In this document: positions 1 through 9,548 of the stretch, piece by piece
How positions within the stretch are numbered: the first letter of the stretch is position 1
Layout of the letters: each line of letters starts with the position of its first letter
Source of the DNA: Candidatus Vampirococcus lugosii
Lineage (GTDB): Bacteria; Patescibacteriota; Gracilibacteria; Absconditabacterales; Absconditicoccaceae
NCBI RefSeq assembly: GCF_018420025.1
Contig: NZ_JAEDAM010000048.1
Coordinates: 1 to 12,496 of the forward strand
Direction: 5' to 3'
DNA length: 12,496 nt
Translations under genes and position numbers: made by a program
The notes under the pieces: model-generated
Told to the model about the DNA's origin: nothing
Databases searched by the model: none
Seen by the model: the letters and a program-made list of their open reading frames with translations, nothing else

Positions 1-138
1 TCTTTTTATTAGTTCTTAATTAACTTTTCAAGCTTTTTTTATCTTTATTACTGCAAAAGTTTAGATATAAACTTATTGAAAAATTTTTTTATTTGTTTAT
101 AAGTTGATATTTAATTATTAATTGTATTTATAAAAAAA

Positions 139-1041
139 ATGTTTAGTAAAAAAATTTTGATATTATTATTTTTTTCTTTATTTTTGACTGCTTGTTTTGA
201 AACTAAAAAAATAACTTATCAAGATTCAAATCATCTTATGAGTAGTACTCAAGTAATTAGAGATATTAAAACCGTCAATTTTATGTGAGAAGATATAAAT
301 CTTGATGAACATAACTTTTTCAGGGAAAGAATAGAAAGAGAATTTTATATAATTGTTGATAATATTTATCAATATAAATTGTGGGTTAAAAGAACTTGAA
401 AATATTTTCCGTATTTTGAAGAGAAATTACAAGAATATTGACTTCCAGATGATTTAAAATATCTTGCTGTTGCAGAAAGTTTTTTAAGACATGAAGCTTA
501 TTCAAGTGTATGAGCATCTTGATTATGGCAATTTATGCCAGCGACTGCTAGAGAATATTGACTTTTGGTAAATGATTATGTAGATCAAAGAAATGATTAT
601 ACTTTATCAACTATTTCTGCTTTTGAATATTTGTCTTATCTTGGTTGACTTTTTGATTATGATTGGAAATTAGCATTATCTGCTTACAATAAATGACAAT
701 GAGCATTATCAAATACAATAGTAAGACAATGAAGTGATGATTATTTTGACTTATTACTAAATACAGAAACTCGTCGTTTCGTTCCTAGAATTCTTGCTAT
801 TAAGTTAGCTTATGAAAATAGAGAAAAACTTTGACTTAATTTAAAAGAAGAAGATTATTATTTTTTTCCAGATTATGAATTGAGAGAAGTTGAACAAATA
901 CAAGATATATATTCTTATCTAAATGAAAATAATATTTCAGTTTACGATTTCATAAAATTAAATCCTTGGATAAATATAAATCAAAATAAATTGCCATTGA
1001 GAGATGATTGACAAAATTGGACTATCAAAATTCCTATTTAA
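139..1041 (+). CDS. Lytic murein transglycosylase lipoprotein (SLT/MltD-like catalytic domain, degenerate LysM-like C-terminus), 300 aa under code 25
   Basis: ATG at 139, TAA at 1039-1041; open only if TGA is a sense codon. The N-terminus MFSKKILILLFFSLFLTAC is a signal peptide plus lipobox (Cys codon 193-195). The core LAVAES (Glu 475-477) ... SSVGASGLWQFMPATAREYGL ... WKLALSAYNKGQGAL matches the classic SLT-domain motifs (ES, GLxQ, AYN). Both glycines of GASGLWQF are TGA (511-513, 520-522), whereas Trp is TGG. The tail NISVYDFIKLNPWIN...GQNWTIKIP resembles a LysM repeat. Confidence 0.88.
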
Positions 1042-1057
1042 ATTTTAATAAAAAACA

Positions 1058-1624
1058 ATGAAAATAACATTTATTACTTGAAATAAATGAAAACTTAAAG
1101 AAATTCAAACAAATATTTCTTCAAGAATTAATCTTGTATCACAAGATATAGATATAATGGAAATTCAATCTCAAAATTTGGAAGAAATTTCCAAAAATAA
1201 AGCAAAACAAGCTTTTGAAAAAATATGAGAAGCAGTTTTAGTTGATGATACAGGAGTATTTTTTAATTATTACCCTGATTTTCCATGAGCATTTGCAAAA
1301 TTTGTATACAAATCTTTATGAAAAGATTGAATCAAAAAACTTTTTGATTGAGTACAAGATAATACTTGAAGTATGCAAACTGCAATTTCTTATATGGATT
1401 GAAATTTGTCTGAACCAGTTTGTTTTTTGTGAATAGCTGAATGAAAATTTGAAACTCATCATTTGGATCAAGTGCCTAATGATTCTTTACCATATAATTA
1501 TATTTTTGTTCCTAATTGATATACTCAAACAGTAACAGAAAATTATGAATATTGGCAAAAAAATTTATCACAGAGAAAAAAAGCTATTGAAAAATTTAAT
1601 AAATGGATTTCAAAATTTATTTAA
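1058..1624 (+). CDS. rdgB: Non-canonical purine NTP pyrophosphatase (RdgB/HAM1/ITPase family), 188 aa
   Basis: ATG at 1058, TAA at 1622-1624, 16 nt after the previous gene. The N-terminus MKITFITGNKGKLKEI is the family signature (TGNxGK, with both Gly as TGA). VLVDDTGVFF..YPDFPGAFAKF matches the DDTGL...G.PG.y.k motif. The C-terminal region LPYNYIFVPNGYTQT...KNLSQRKKAIEKF parallels FGYDPIF.P....SHRgkAl. Confidence 0.85.
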
Positions 1625-1656
1625 TATTTTATTTTTATAAAAATTTATAACTAAAT

Positions 1657-2835
1657 ATGTTAAAATATAAAAATTATATAATAAGTGTAATACTCGTAAT
1701 TATATGGAGTTTATTTTTTTCTATATATAAATATTATACTTGGTGATTATTTGATGAAGACTTTTTGACTTTGGAATATATTGCGGCATATTTAAGTTTA
1801 TGATGATTTTTTTCTTTTATTATTTGATGATTTATTTACGAATTGTTGAAAGAGAGAAAATTTCATTTTATAATTTCAACATTATCAATACTAGCGATAA
1901 TTATATTATATTTGCAATATTTATTTCCTGTTTATGATAATATAATTATTATAACATCTATTACAATTTTTATTTGATTTACATATTCTTTTTGGGTTAT
2001 ATTGAGAAGTATTCTTATATCTACTGAAATAAATAAAAATTATGCAAGTGATACTTTATTAAACTGAATAGCAAATATTTCTTTTATTTCATCATTAATT
2101 ATATGAAGTATATTGTGATGATATTTAGTTGAAAAATTAAATGAAAAATGAGTATATATTATTTTGTTGATATTACTAATAAGTGCATTATCATGACTTT
2201 TTTTGAGTAATAATCTTTCAATTTCTGATAATAAAAACTTAAAATCTAGATTTAAAGAATATAAAGAACATTATATTAGAGATTTTTTGTATGTATTCAA
2301 AAAATATTATATTGAAATGATTTTTTTATGAATGATAATAGTTATTGCCACTATAATTTCGCAAAAAGCAATTCAATATATTGTAGAAAATACAGATATG
2401 AAACAAAGTATAGCCACTTTTATACTTTTAGCTAGTGCTTTATGAAGTGTGATTTGAAATGTTTTGTCTATGAAAATAAACAAAAATAAATGGTATTTTT
2501 TTATGATTTGTAGTTTTTTATTTTGAATATCTACGATTATTTTACCATTTTTTTTATTAAATTTTATTATAACTATACTTGTAGCTTTTGTAGCTTGAGT
2601 TTTTTTCTGAATAGTTTTTAATTTACTTGAATCTGATTATTTAAAAAATATAGCAATTGATGATAAAAAATCATATTGATGAACAAGTTTGTGATTGATA
2701 AGTTCATTAGTTATATGAATTATGATGATTTTGATTGATGAAATAGATAAAATAGTATGAATTACTACTACTTACATAATTTTATGAATTATATTATTTA
2801 TCATTTGAATACTAATTTATTTTAGAAAAAAATAA
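1657..2835 (+). CDS. Polytopic integral membrane protein, putative MFS-type lysophospholipid transporter (LplT-like), 392 aa
   Basis: ATG at 1657, TAA at 2833-2835; I read the frame codon by codon and it has many TGA but no TAA or TAG. The protein is hydrophobic throughout, with about 10-12 helix-length segments separated by short K/R/E/D loops. It ends 24 nt before the Aas-like gene, the same partnership as lplT-aas in Proteobacteria. I saw no crisp MFS signature motif, so the coding call is strong and the functional call is moderate. Confidence 0.6.
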
Positions 2836-2859
2836 TTTTTAAATTTAAACTAAATTAAA

Positions 2860-5502
2860 ATGATTAAATTAATTTCAATAATATATTTTTTTATTTTAAG
2901 ATTAAGATATAAATTTGATATATCTTGATTAGAAAAAATAGAAAAAAATAAACAATATATAATTCTTCCAAATCATCAAGCACTTGTTGATCCTCAAATA
3001 GTTGTAAGTCTTGTATGACAAAAAATAAAAGTTAGTCCTTTGATGTCAGAAACTTATTATAATTTACCTATATTAAAATATTTTTTTATATGGATATGAG
3101 CAGTTTCAATTTGAGATATACAGAGGTGAACTTGAAATAAAGAAAGTATAAATAAATCTTTTGATAATATTAAATTAGCTTTAGATGAGTGAAAAAATAT
3201 TTTATTGTATCCATCATGACAGCTTTATAGTCAATGATTTGAATCAATAAAATGAAAAAAAATAGCATATAATTTAACTCAAATATTGCCAGATAATGTT
3301 GAGATTATCTTGATCAAAACTACATGACTTCGATGAAGTATTTTTTCAAAAGCTTGGTCTTGAAAAACTCCAAATTTGATTTTAAATTTAATTAAATCAT
3401 TTTTTATTTTATTGTGAAATATATTTTTTTTGATACCAAAAAGAAAAGTTAAAATTGAAATTGAAAATTATACAAATATATTGAAAAATACAAAAAATAT
3501 AAATGATTACAATCAAAAATTGGAAGAATTTTATAATAAAGATTGAGAAGAAAAAGTAAATTATAAAAAACATTTTTTTTATTTTAATAATACAAAAAAT
3601 AAAGAATTACCATTAAATATAGATTGAGCAATAAATTGTAGTTTGGATAATCAAGATTATGATTTACAAAAAATTGATGAAAAAATATTAAATAAAATAA
3701 TAAAAAAAATAGCTGAAATAAAAGAAATAAAAGAAGATAATATAAATATTAAATCAAGTTTGATAAATGATTTATATTTTGATTCTCTTGATTTAGCTGA
3801 AATTAAATCTTTTGTACAAAATAATTTTAAATTGGCAGACAATCCTTCTATTTTGGATTTGAAAACAGTTTTGAATTTGTATATTATGGCTATTTGAGAA
3901 TCACAAAACAAAGAAGAATTAAAAGATTGCAATTGGATACAGACAAATAATAAAGAAGAAAAATTATTTGATATAATTCAAAATAATTCTAATAAATTAA
4001 AAAACAATGTAAATATATTAAATTTATTTAAAGAAGTTTTTAAAAAAGATAAAAAAGAAAGTTTTGTTTATGATGAAATTTTTTGAATACAATCAAAAAA
4101 AGATTTTTTGATAAAAGTATATTTAATATCATCATATATTAAAAAATTTGATTGAAAATATATTTGATTAATGCTACCTAGTGTATCAAGTGCAAGTTTA
4201 CTTATTATTTCTACAATTTTGGCTTGAAAAGTTCCAGTTATGTTAAATTGGACATTATGAGAATCAGCCCTTTTACATTGTATTAAATTTGCTCAAATAA
4301 ATACAGTATTGACAAGTAAGAAATTTTATGAAAAGATACAAAATGATTGAACTGAAAAAATAAAAGATAAGTATGTTTTTTTGGAAAATTTATTAAAAGA
4401 TATTAAATTAATAAGTAAAATTAAGGCATTATTTAATAGTATGTTTTTCAAAATACCAGAAATTAAATCAGAAGATGAAGCAGTTATGCTTTTTACTTCT
4501 TGAAGTGAAAGTTTACCCAAAGCAGTTGTATTAACTCATAAAAATATAATATCAGATATAAATTGAGCTTTATATCATTTTCCTATTACAAATAAAGATA
4601 AATTAATATGATTTTTGCCACCATTTCATAGTTTTGGATTTAGTGTAAATACTATTATGCCACTTATTTCTTGACTAAAAGTTTTGTATACTCCAGATCC
4701 AAATGATATTAAAACAGTATGAAATTTAATATGACATTGAAAAATAACAGCACTTAGTGCAACCCCTACTTTTTTAAATATGATTTTGAAAGATACTAAT
4801 GAAGAAAAATTAAAAAGCTTGAAATATGCAGTAGTTTGAGCAGAAAAATGTAATGAAAATGTTTTTGAATTATTTGACAAAAAATGTCCAAATTGAAAAA
4901 TTCTTGAATGATATTGAATTACAGAATGTAGTCCAGTGATAAGTATTAATCCACCTATTAAATCAAAAAAATGAAGTGTTTGATTAGCTATTTATTGAGG
5001 TGATGTTAAAATAGTTTGACTTGAAAATAAAAAAATATTATGAAATAATAAAGAATGAATGATTTATTTCAAATGAGATAATGTTTTTGCTTGATATTTG
5101 GATAAAAATTTGGAAAATCCTTTTGAAAATATAGATTGAAAATTATATTACAAAACTTGAGATTTATGATATCTTGATAAAGATTGATATATTTATATAA
5201 CTTGAAGATTAAAAAGATTTATAAAAATAGCATGAGAGATGATATCTTTACCTTTTGTAGAATCAATATTGAATAAAAAATATTGAAATTCAATAGCTAT
5301 AGAAGCTTTGGAAAAAGATTGACAAGCAAAAATCGTTTTATTTAGCACAGAAAATATAAATCTAGAACAAGCTCAAGATTTCTTAAGACAAAATTGAGTA
5401 AGTAATTTAGTAAAATTATCTGAAACAATGATTATTGATGAATTACCTGTACTTTGAACCTGAAAAATAGATTATAAAATTTTGAAAAAGATGATTAAGT
5501 AA
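2860..5502 (+). CDS. aas: Tri-domain Aas-like enzyme: lysophospholipid acyltransferase (PlsC-type), internal acyl-carrier (PP-binding) domain and acyl-AMP ligase/acyl-ACP synthetase, 880 aa
   Basis: ATG at 2860, TAA at 5500-5502; about 50 in-frame TGA and no TAA or TAG. Acyltransferase: NHQALVD, the HX4D motif (2974-2991), and LLYPSGQL, which corresponds to the FPEG block. Carrier domain: LINDLYFDSLDLAEIKSFV, with the DSL phosphopantetheine-site Ser at 3784-3786. Adenylation domain: MLFTSGSESLPKAVVLTHKN (4495-4521), [45 protein letters not shown] and the terminal LGTGKIDYK. Most glycines in these motifs are TGA. Confidence 0.9.
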
Positions 5503-5567
5503 TTTGGAATTTTTTGTTATTTAAATTTATTTAATTTTAACTTTTTCTTAAAAAAGTAAAAAATCTA

Positions 5568-5597
5568 TTGCAAAATTTAAAAAAATATTAATAATAT
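5568..5597 (+). promoter_or_regulatory. Candidate sigma70-type promoter for the 5644-8073 gene pair (TTGCAA, 18 nt spacer, TAATAT)
   Basis: TTGCAA at 5568-5573 and TAATAT at 5592-5597, about 45 nt upstream of ATG 5644, in the only sizeable plus-strand intergenic gap (141 nt). This is a motif match only, and AT-rich DNA produces such matches by chance. Confidence 0.3.
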
Positions 5598-5643
5598 ATG
5601 TGTATATGTTTTATTTTTTTATTTAAATTAATTTTAATAAATT

Positions 5644-7410
5644 ATGAAAAAAATATTAATTACCAGTTTTGTATTTTTGTTTTTAATTTTGTGATTTGTA
5701 GTTAATGCAAATCAATCATTAAAACCGTGATCACAAGATAGAGGATTTGTAGATTGATGGTATTGTTCTACAAAAATAGATGAGAATGTAAATGAAAATA
5801 ATTCTCCATTTGTCCAAAATAGAGATTATAGATGTAGTTTTGGTGCAGGTCCAGAAACATGAAGATGTTTATTTACAGTAGAAGAGTGTTATGATTGTTC
5901 TGCTAGAGCAACTCATAAAGATGATTGATCGGATTATGAAACTAAATGAACTTTGACAGTATTTCAAAGTTGTGTTCATAATAATAGTTTGATAAATGAA
6001 GCTTGACATTATTGAACAAGACCAGCATATCATGGTATGTCAGATTTAAATTATGATCCTTCAGATTTAGGATGTAGTTATGGAACTAATCCACCAGAAA
6101 CAATAAAAGTAGTATCATGAGCTAGTCATTGTGCTGCAACTAATTTAAATAAATATAATGATAATTTATGATATGATGATCCTAACCCTGATAATTGGAA
6201 TTGGGACTGTTGAAATTCAAATGATTCAAGCACATTTACATGGACTGGTTTTTGAGATTTATGAACTAGTTCATATGAATCTACTGATGTTTGTTGAGGT
6301 TTAGAAGAATATCTTGGTAAAACGATTATATGACAACGGGGTTTACCAACTTGATTTGTTTGTCTAGAAGAAAAAATAGTTGATGAAAATGAAAAAAATA
6401 ATGATTATATAAATCTATGAGATTGAAAATATCTAGATAAAAGTTCTGATTATATATGATGATGATATTGTGAAGAGACAAATCTTAAGTCTTTTGATGA
6501 TAACAATGGTGATGGAATTTGAGGAGATGATCATTATTGTACATGAAATTGGGTATATTGGTGAATAGTTAATTCTTCTGATTGTCCAGATTGAACATAT
6601 AAAGATCTTATTTCAGAAAACACAAAATGAGAACTCGTTTGATTTGTTTGTAAAAAGTGAACAAATTCTAATCCACCAGCGAAATGTTGATGAGAAGATG
6701 GGAAAACTTATGCTTTTGATGATACAAGTTGGGGTACAAATGATTTTTGTGAAGAATGAGATGTAGATCCAACTAATCCTAGTTTCCCTGGTGAAGGAGA
6801 GACTAGAAATTGGACTTGTAATACTTCTTCTTGAGATCAAGCAAATTGTAGTGCTAGTAGAGAAACTGAAAATGTTGATCCAATTTGTAATATATATGAC
6901 AATCATCCTAAGAAATCTTGACATTATCTTGTTAATTTACAAGATGCTGGGAATCAATGGTGTATAGAAGAATGATATGATTATTGAAGTGTTTTAATGT
7001 GACATGATTCTTGACAACTGACTGATGAAATGATAAATAATAGTGGTTGAGCTTGGAGATGGAGAACTAATACTAATTCTTGGGATTGACCTAGTTCTGT
7101 TAGTGTAACTTCTTGAGATATAATTAAAAAAGTTGAATGTTGTAACTCAGTAACTAATCCACCAGCGAAATGTTGATGAGAAGATGGGAAAACTTATGCT
7201 TTTGATGATACAAGTTGGGGTACAAATGATTTTTGTGAAGAATGAGATGTAGATCCAACTAATCCTAGTTTCCCTGGTGAAGGAGAGACTAGAAATTGGA
7301 CTTGTAATACTTCTTCTTGAGATCAAGCAAATTGTAGTGCTAGTAGAGAAACTGAAAATGTTCAATGTTGTGAAGCAGGTTGATTTGCACCTTGTACAGT
7401 ATGTGAATAA
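5644..7410 (+). CDS. Secreted cysteine-rich modular protein of unknown function, 588 aa, with a duplicated 69-aa module
   Basis: ATG at 5644, TAA at 7408-7410; frame checked codon by codon. Signal peptide MKKILITSFVFLFLILGFVVNA followed by NQ (an AXA-like VNA site). The mature part has about 31 Cys. It contains repeated modules with the pattern C-G-G-x-D-G ... F-C-E-E-G ... NWTC ... C-S-A. Two copies are identical (PPAKCGGEDGKTYAFDDTSWGTNDFCEEGDVDPTNPSFPGEGETRNWTCNTSSGDQANCSASRETEN), and divergent copies lie between and upstream of them (GGAWRWRT, NWNWDCGNSNDSS). It ends in a Cys-rich tail, QCCEAGGFAPCTVCE, with no membrane anchor. Confidence 0.85.
6668..6876 (+). repeat. Copy 1 of a perfect 209-bp direct repeat inside the Cys-rich protein gene
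   Basis: Base-for-base identical to 7154-7362 by manual comparison. The offset is 486 bp (162 codons), so the copies are in phase. Confidence 0.95.
7154..7362 (+). repeat. Copy 2 of the perfect 209-bp direct repeat
   Basis: Identical to 6668-6876. The supplied antisense ORFs 6613-6924 and 7147-7365 share the same peptide for the same reason. Confidence 0.95.
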
Positions 7411-7443
7411 ATCTTTTTTATAAAATATTATTTTAATAAATAA

Positions 7444-8073
7444 ATGAATAGAATACTATATATTTGATGATTTATTTGATGAGCTTGAATTGTAATAGTA
7501 TTGTTTATATATATATTATCTTGAAATAATTGAAATTTAAATTGAAACATAAATAATTGAAATGAAATTAATTATGTTGATGATCAAGATATAGACAATA
7601 CATCTTTACAAGATGATTGTGTAAATAATGATTATTATGAAATAAACTGAATTAGTATGCAACCTATATTAAAAAATTGAGATAAAGTTTTGATAGCAGA
7701 ATGATATTATCAATGTGGAGGTGATATAAAAAGAAATGATATTGTGATTTATGATGCTGCATCAACAGAATCTATTATAATCAAGCAAGTTAAAGTAATG
7801 CCTAATGATAAAGTAGAATTTATAGAAAATGAGCAATGAGAAATAAATATTATTGTAAATGATCAAGTATTAAAAAATGAAGAAAATAATTCTTATATAA
7901 TAAATGAAAATCAAGAAAGAATGATGAGTTTGTACATTAATAATTGAAAATTACAATCAAATTCTTATTTCATATTTGGACAACAACAAAGATGAGGTAG
8001 TTTTGATTCTAGATCTCTGGGTGCAGTAAGTTTATCAGGTATGAAATGAAAACTTATACAAAAAAATGAATAA
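7444..8073 (+). CDS. lepB: Signal peptidase I (S26 family), 209 aa
   Basis: ATG at 7444, TAA at 8071-8073, 33 nt after the Cys-rich protein gene. N-terminal TM anchor (ILYIGGFIGGAGIVIVLFIYIL). GISMQPILKNGDKVLI is the G-SM-P-L..GD box, with the nucleophile Ser at 7654-7656. IIIKQVKVMPNDKV is the KR-V..PGD box that carries the general-base Lys. YFIFGQQQRGGSFDSRSLGAVSLSGMKGKL is the GDNR..S.DSR..G box. 16 of the 22 Gly codons are TGA, including a G/N-rich linker at 7522-7563. Confidence 0.85.
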
Positions 8074-8089
8074 AATTAATTTTATTCTA

Positions 8090-8130
8090 AAAAAAAAGAT
8101 ATACAGTAATTTACTGTATATCTTTTTTTT
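8090..8130. terminator. Bidirectional intrinsic terminator candidate (41-nt perfect palindrome)
   Basis: The sequence AAAAAAAAGATATACAGTAATTTACTGTATATCTTTTTTTT is centred on 8110. The stem is about 8097-8107 paired with 8113-8123, flanked by an A-run on the left and a T-run on the right, so each strand reads hairpin then U-tract. It lies between the convergent stops at 8073 (+) and 8147 (-). The stem is AT-rich, with only 3 G-C pairs. Confidence 0.6.
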
Positions 8131-8146
8131 AAATATTATTTTATAA

Positions 8147-8665
8147 CTATTTTTCCAAAAAATTTTTAATTTCTGGAAGTATATCAGATATTTTATATTT
8201 AAGACAATATCAATCTACACAATTATCTTGTGCTAATTTTTCCAAAAGATTTAATATTAAGTATATTTTTACTTTTGTTAATCAAAATTCCAAAAAAAAG
8301 TTATTAATAATTCTATCAACAAGAATTTTACCTGATAAAATTGTAGAATTAATATCTCTATCTATACAATAACCTTTTTGGAAAGCTATAGCAAAAAGAT
8401 TTTTATTATCTGAAGGATAAACTAAATACCAATTAAGAAATTTTTCCAAATCTTTTTCTTTAACTGCATTTTCCAATGATTTAATATATTTATTCATAGA
8501 ATATTTAATAGTTTGTAAGAATAAGTCTTTTTTATCTATAAAATAATAATATAAACTTGGTTTTTGAATATTTAGAGAATTAGCAATATTATCAAGTTTT
8601 ACATCAGTATATCTTTTTGCAAAAAAATGTTCTTCTGCAACTTTAAATATTTTTTCTTTTTCCAT
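8147..8665 (-). CDS. TetR/AcrR-family transcriptional regulator, 172 aa
   Basis: Start ATG (complement) at 8663-8665. The supplied 127-aa ORF ends at a TGA (8282-8284) but reads on as Gly to a TAG at 8147-8149. The N-terminal HTH is FAKRYTDVKLDNIANSLNIQKPSLYYYFIDKKDLF, the typical TetR_N pattern (T...IA...G.s...lY.hF..Ke.L). Confidence 0.85.
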
Positions 8666-8688
8666 GATTTTATTAAATAAATATAAAA

Positions 8689-9543
8689 TTATATTTTAAT
8701 TTTGGATAAAGCTCATTTTATAGTATTAACTATATCTGAATCAATAACAAATTTACTATTATCTTTCAAAGAATTTTGTGCAACTCTTAATTGTTCTTTC
8801 AATATAGCATTATCTTTAAAATAAGCAATTGCTGCACTTGCTTCATATTCTATTTCTTTTGCCCTAGCTTGTGCAATTCTTTCTATAGCTTCAGCTTGTC
8901 ATTGAGCTTCCAAAATTTGTTTTTCTTTATATCATTGTGCCTCTATAATATAAGATTGTTTTTTTCATTCAGCAGTAAGTACATATGCTCTTTTTTCTTG
9001 TTCTGCAATTTTTTGTTTACTCATGGCATCTACTAAATCTTTTGGTGGATCAATTTTTTGTATTTCAACTTTATTTATTCTAATTCACCATTTATCTGTT
9101 TCTTTTGCAAGATTTGTTTGAACATAAGTATTTATTTTTTGTCTATCTCATAAAATATCATCTAATGTCATAGTACCAATAATTCATCTTAATGTTGTAA
9201 CTCATAAGCTACTTACTGCCAAAATTGGATCTTGAATTTCATAAGTAGAACTTTTTGCATCATAAATTTGTGTAAATATAACTGAATCAACTAAAACGGC
9301 TGCATTATCAGATGTAATCATATTTTGAGCTGGAGTATTTATAACTCTTTCTCTCATATCTACTTTTTTTACAGATTCTATAAATGGAATGATAATATGC
9401 CAACCTGCTTGCAAAGTAGAATGATATTTGGAAAGTCTTTCTTTAACTCATTTTTCAAAAGGAGATACTTTTACAAGTGTAAAAAATATAATTATAAATC
9501 AAAGAAATATTAATAATAAGGATACAACAAACAGTCAATTCAT
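8689..9543 (-). CDS. SPFH/band-7 (stomatin/prohibitin-like, QmcA-type) membrane protein, 284 aa
   Basis: ATG (complement) at 9541-9543, TAA at 8689-8691. N-terminal TM (LFVVSLLLIFLGFIIIFF). It continues with EKGVKERLSKYHSTLQAGWHIIIPFIESV..VDMRE...PAQNMITSDNAAVLVDSVIF, then TLRGIIGTMTLDDILGDR and DKWGIRINKVEIQKIDPP, and ends in a coiled AEG/AQG-repeat tail. In the conserved WGI motif Trp is TGG (9088-9090) and the adjacent Gly is TGA (9085-9087). Confidence 0.9.
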
Positions 9544-9548
9544 ATCTT

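Noticed and set aside
1-138. Possible gene end or promoter in the leading 138 nt (e.g. TTGATA at 104-109 with TATAAA at 129-134)
   Set aside because: All three plus frames hit stops within the first 23 nt, so nothing is callable. The promoter-like hexamers have a 19-nt spacer and lie 5 nt from the ATG, which is not distinguishable from background in this composition.
1242-1436. Standard-code ORF from the supplied track (64 aa, + strand)
   Set aside because: It is out of frame with the HAM1/RdgB gene (1058-1624), whose frame carries the family motifs. The peptide is low-complexity AT-codon noise.
3657-4880. Three antisense standard-code ORFs (3657-3932, 4326-4520 and 4626-4880, minus strand)
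   Set aside because: They lie opposite the strongly supported aas-like gene. Their peptides are Ser/Phe/Ile/Lys-rich mirror images of an AT-rich coding strand and carry no motifs.
5540-5557. Small hairpin (ACTTTTT-CTTA-AAAAAGT) after the aas-like gene, considered as a terminator
   Set aside because: The stem is only 7 bp with a single G-C pair and there is no downstream T-tract, so it is too weak to call.
6668-7362. Possibility that the 209-bp repeats mark a CRISPR array, IS ends or another mobile element
   Set aside because: There are only two copies. They are direct, far longer than CRISPR repeats, in phase inside a continuous ORF, and encode a protein module. No transposase or inverted terminal repeats lie nearby.
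6613-7365. Two antisense ORFs with identical peptides (6613-6924 and 7147-7365, minus strand)
   Set aside because: Their identity simply reflects the 209-bp direct repeat. The sense strand encodes a coherent Cys-rich secreted protein with a signal peptide, whereas the antisense peptides have no features.
8791-9513. Plus-strand ORFs 8791-9036 and 9325-9513
   Set aside because: They are antisense to the SPFH gene, which has unmistakable band-7 motifs on the minus strand.
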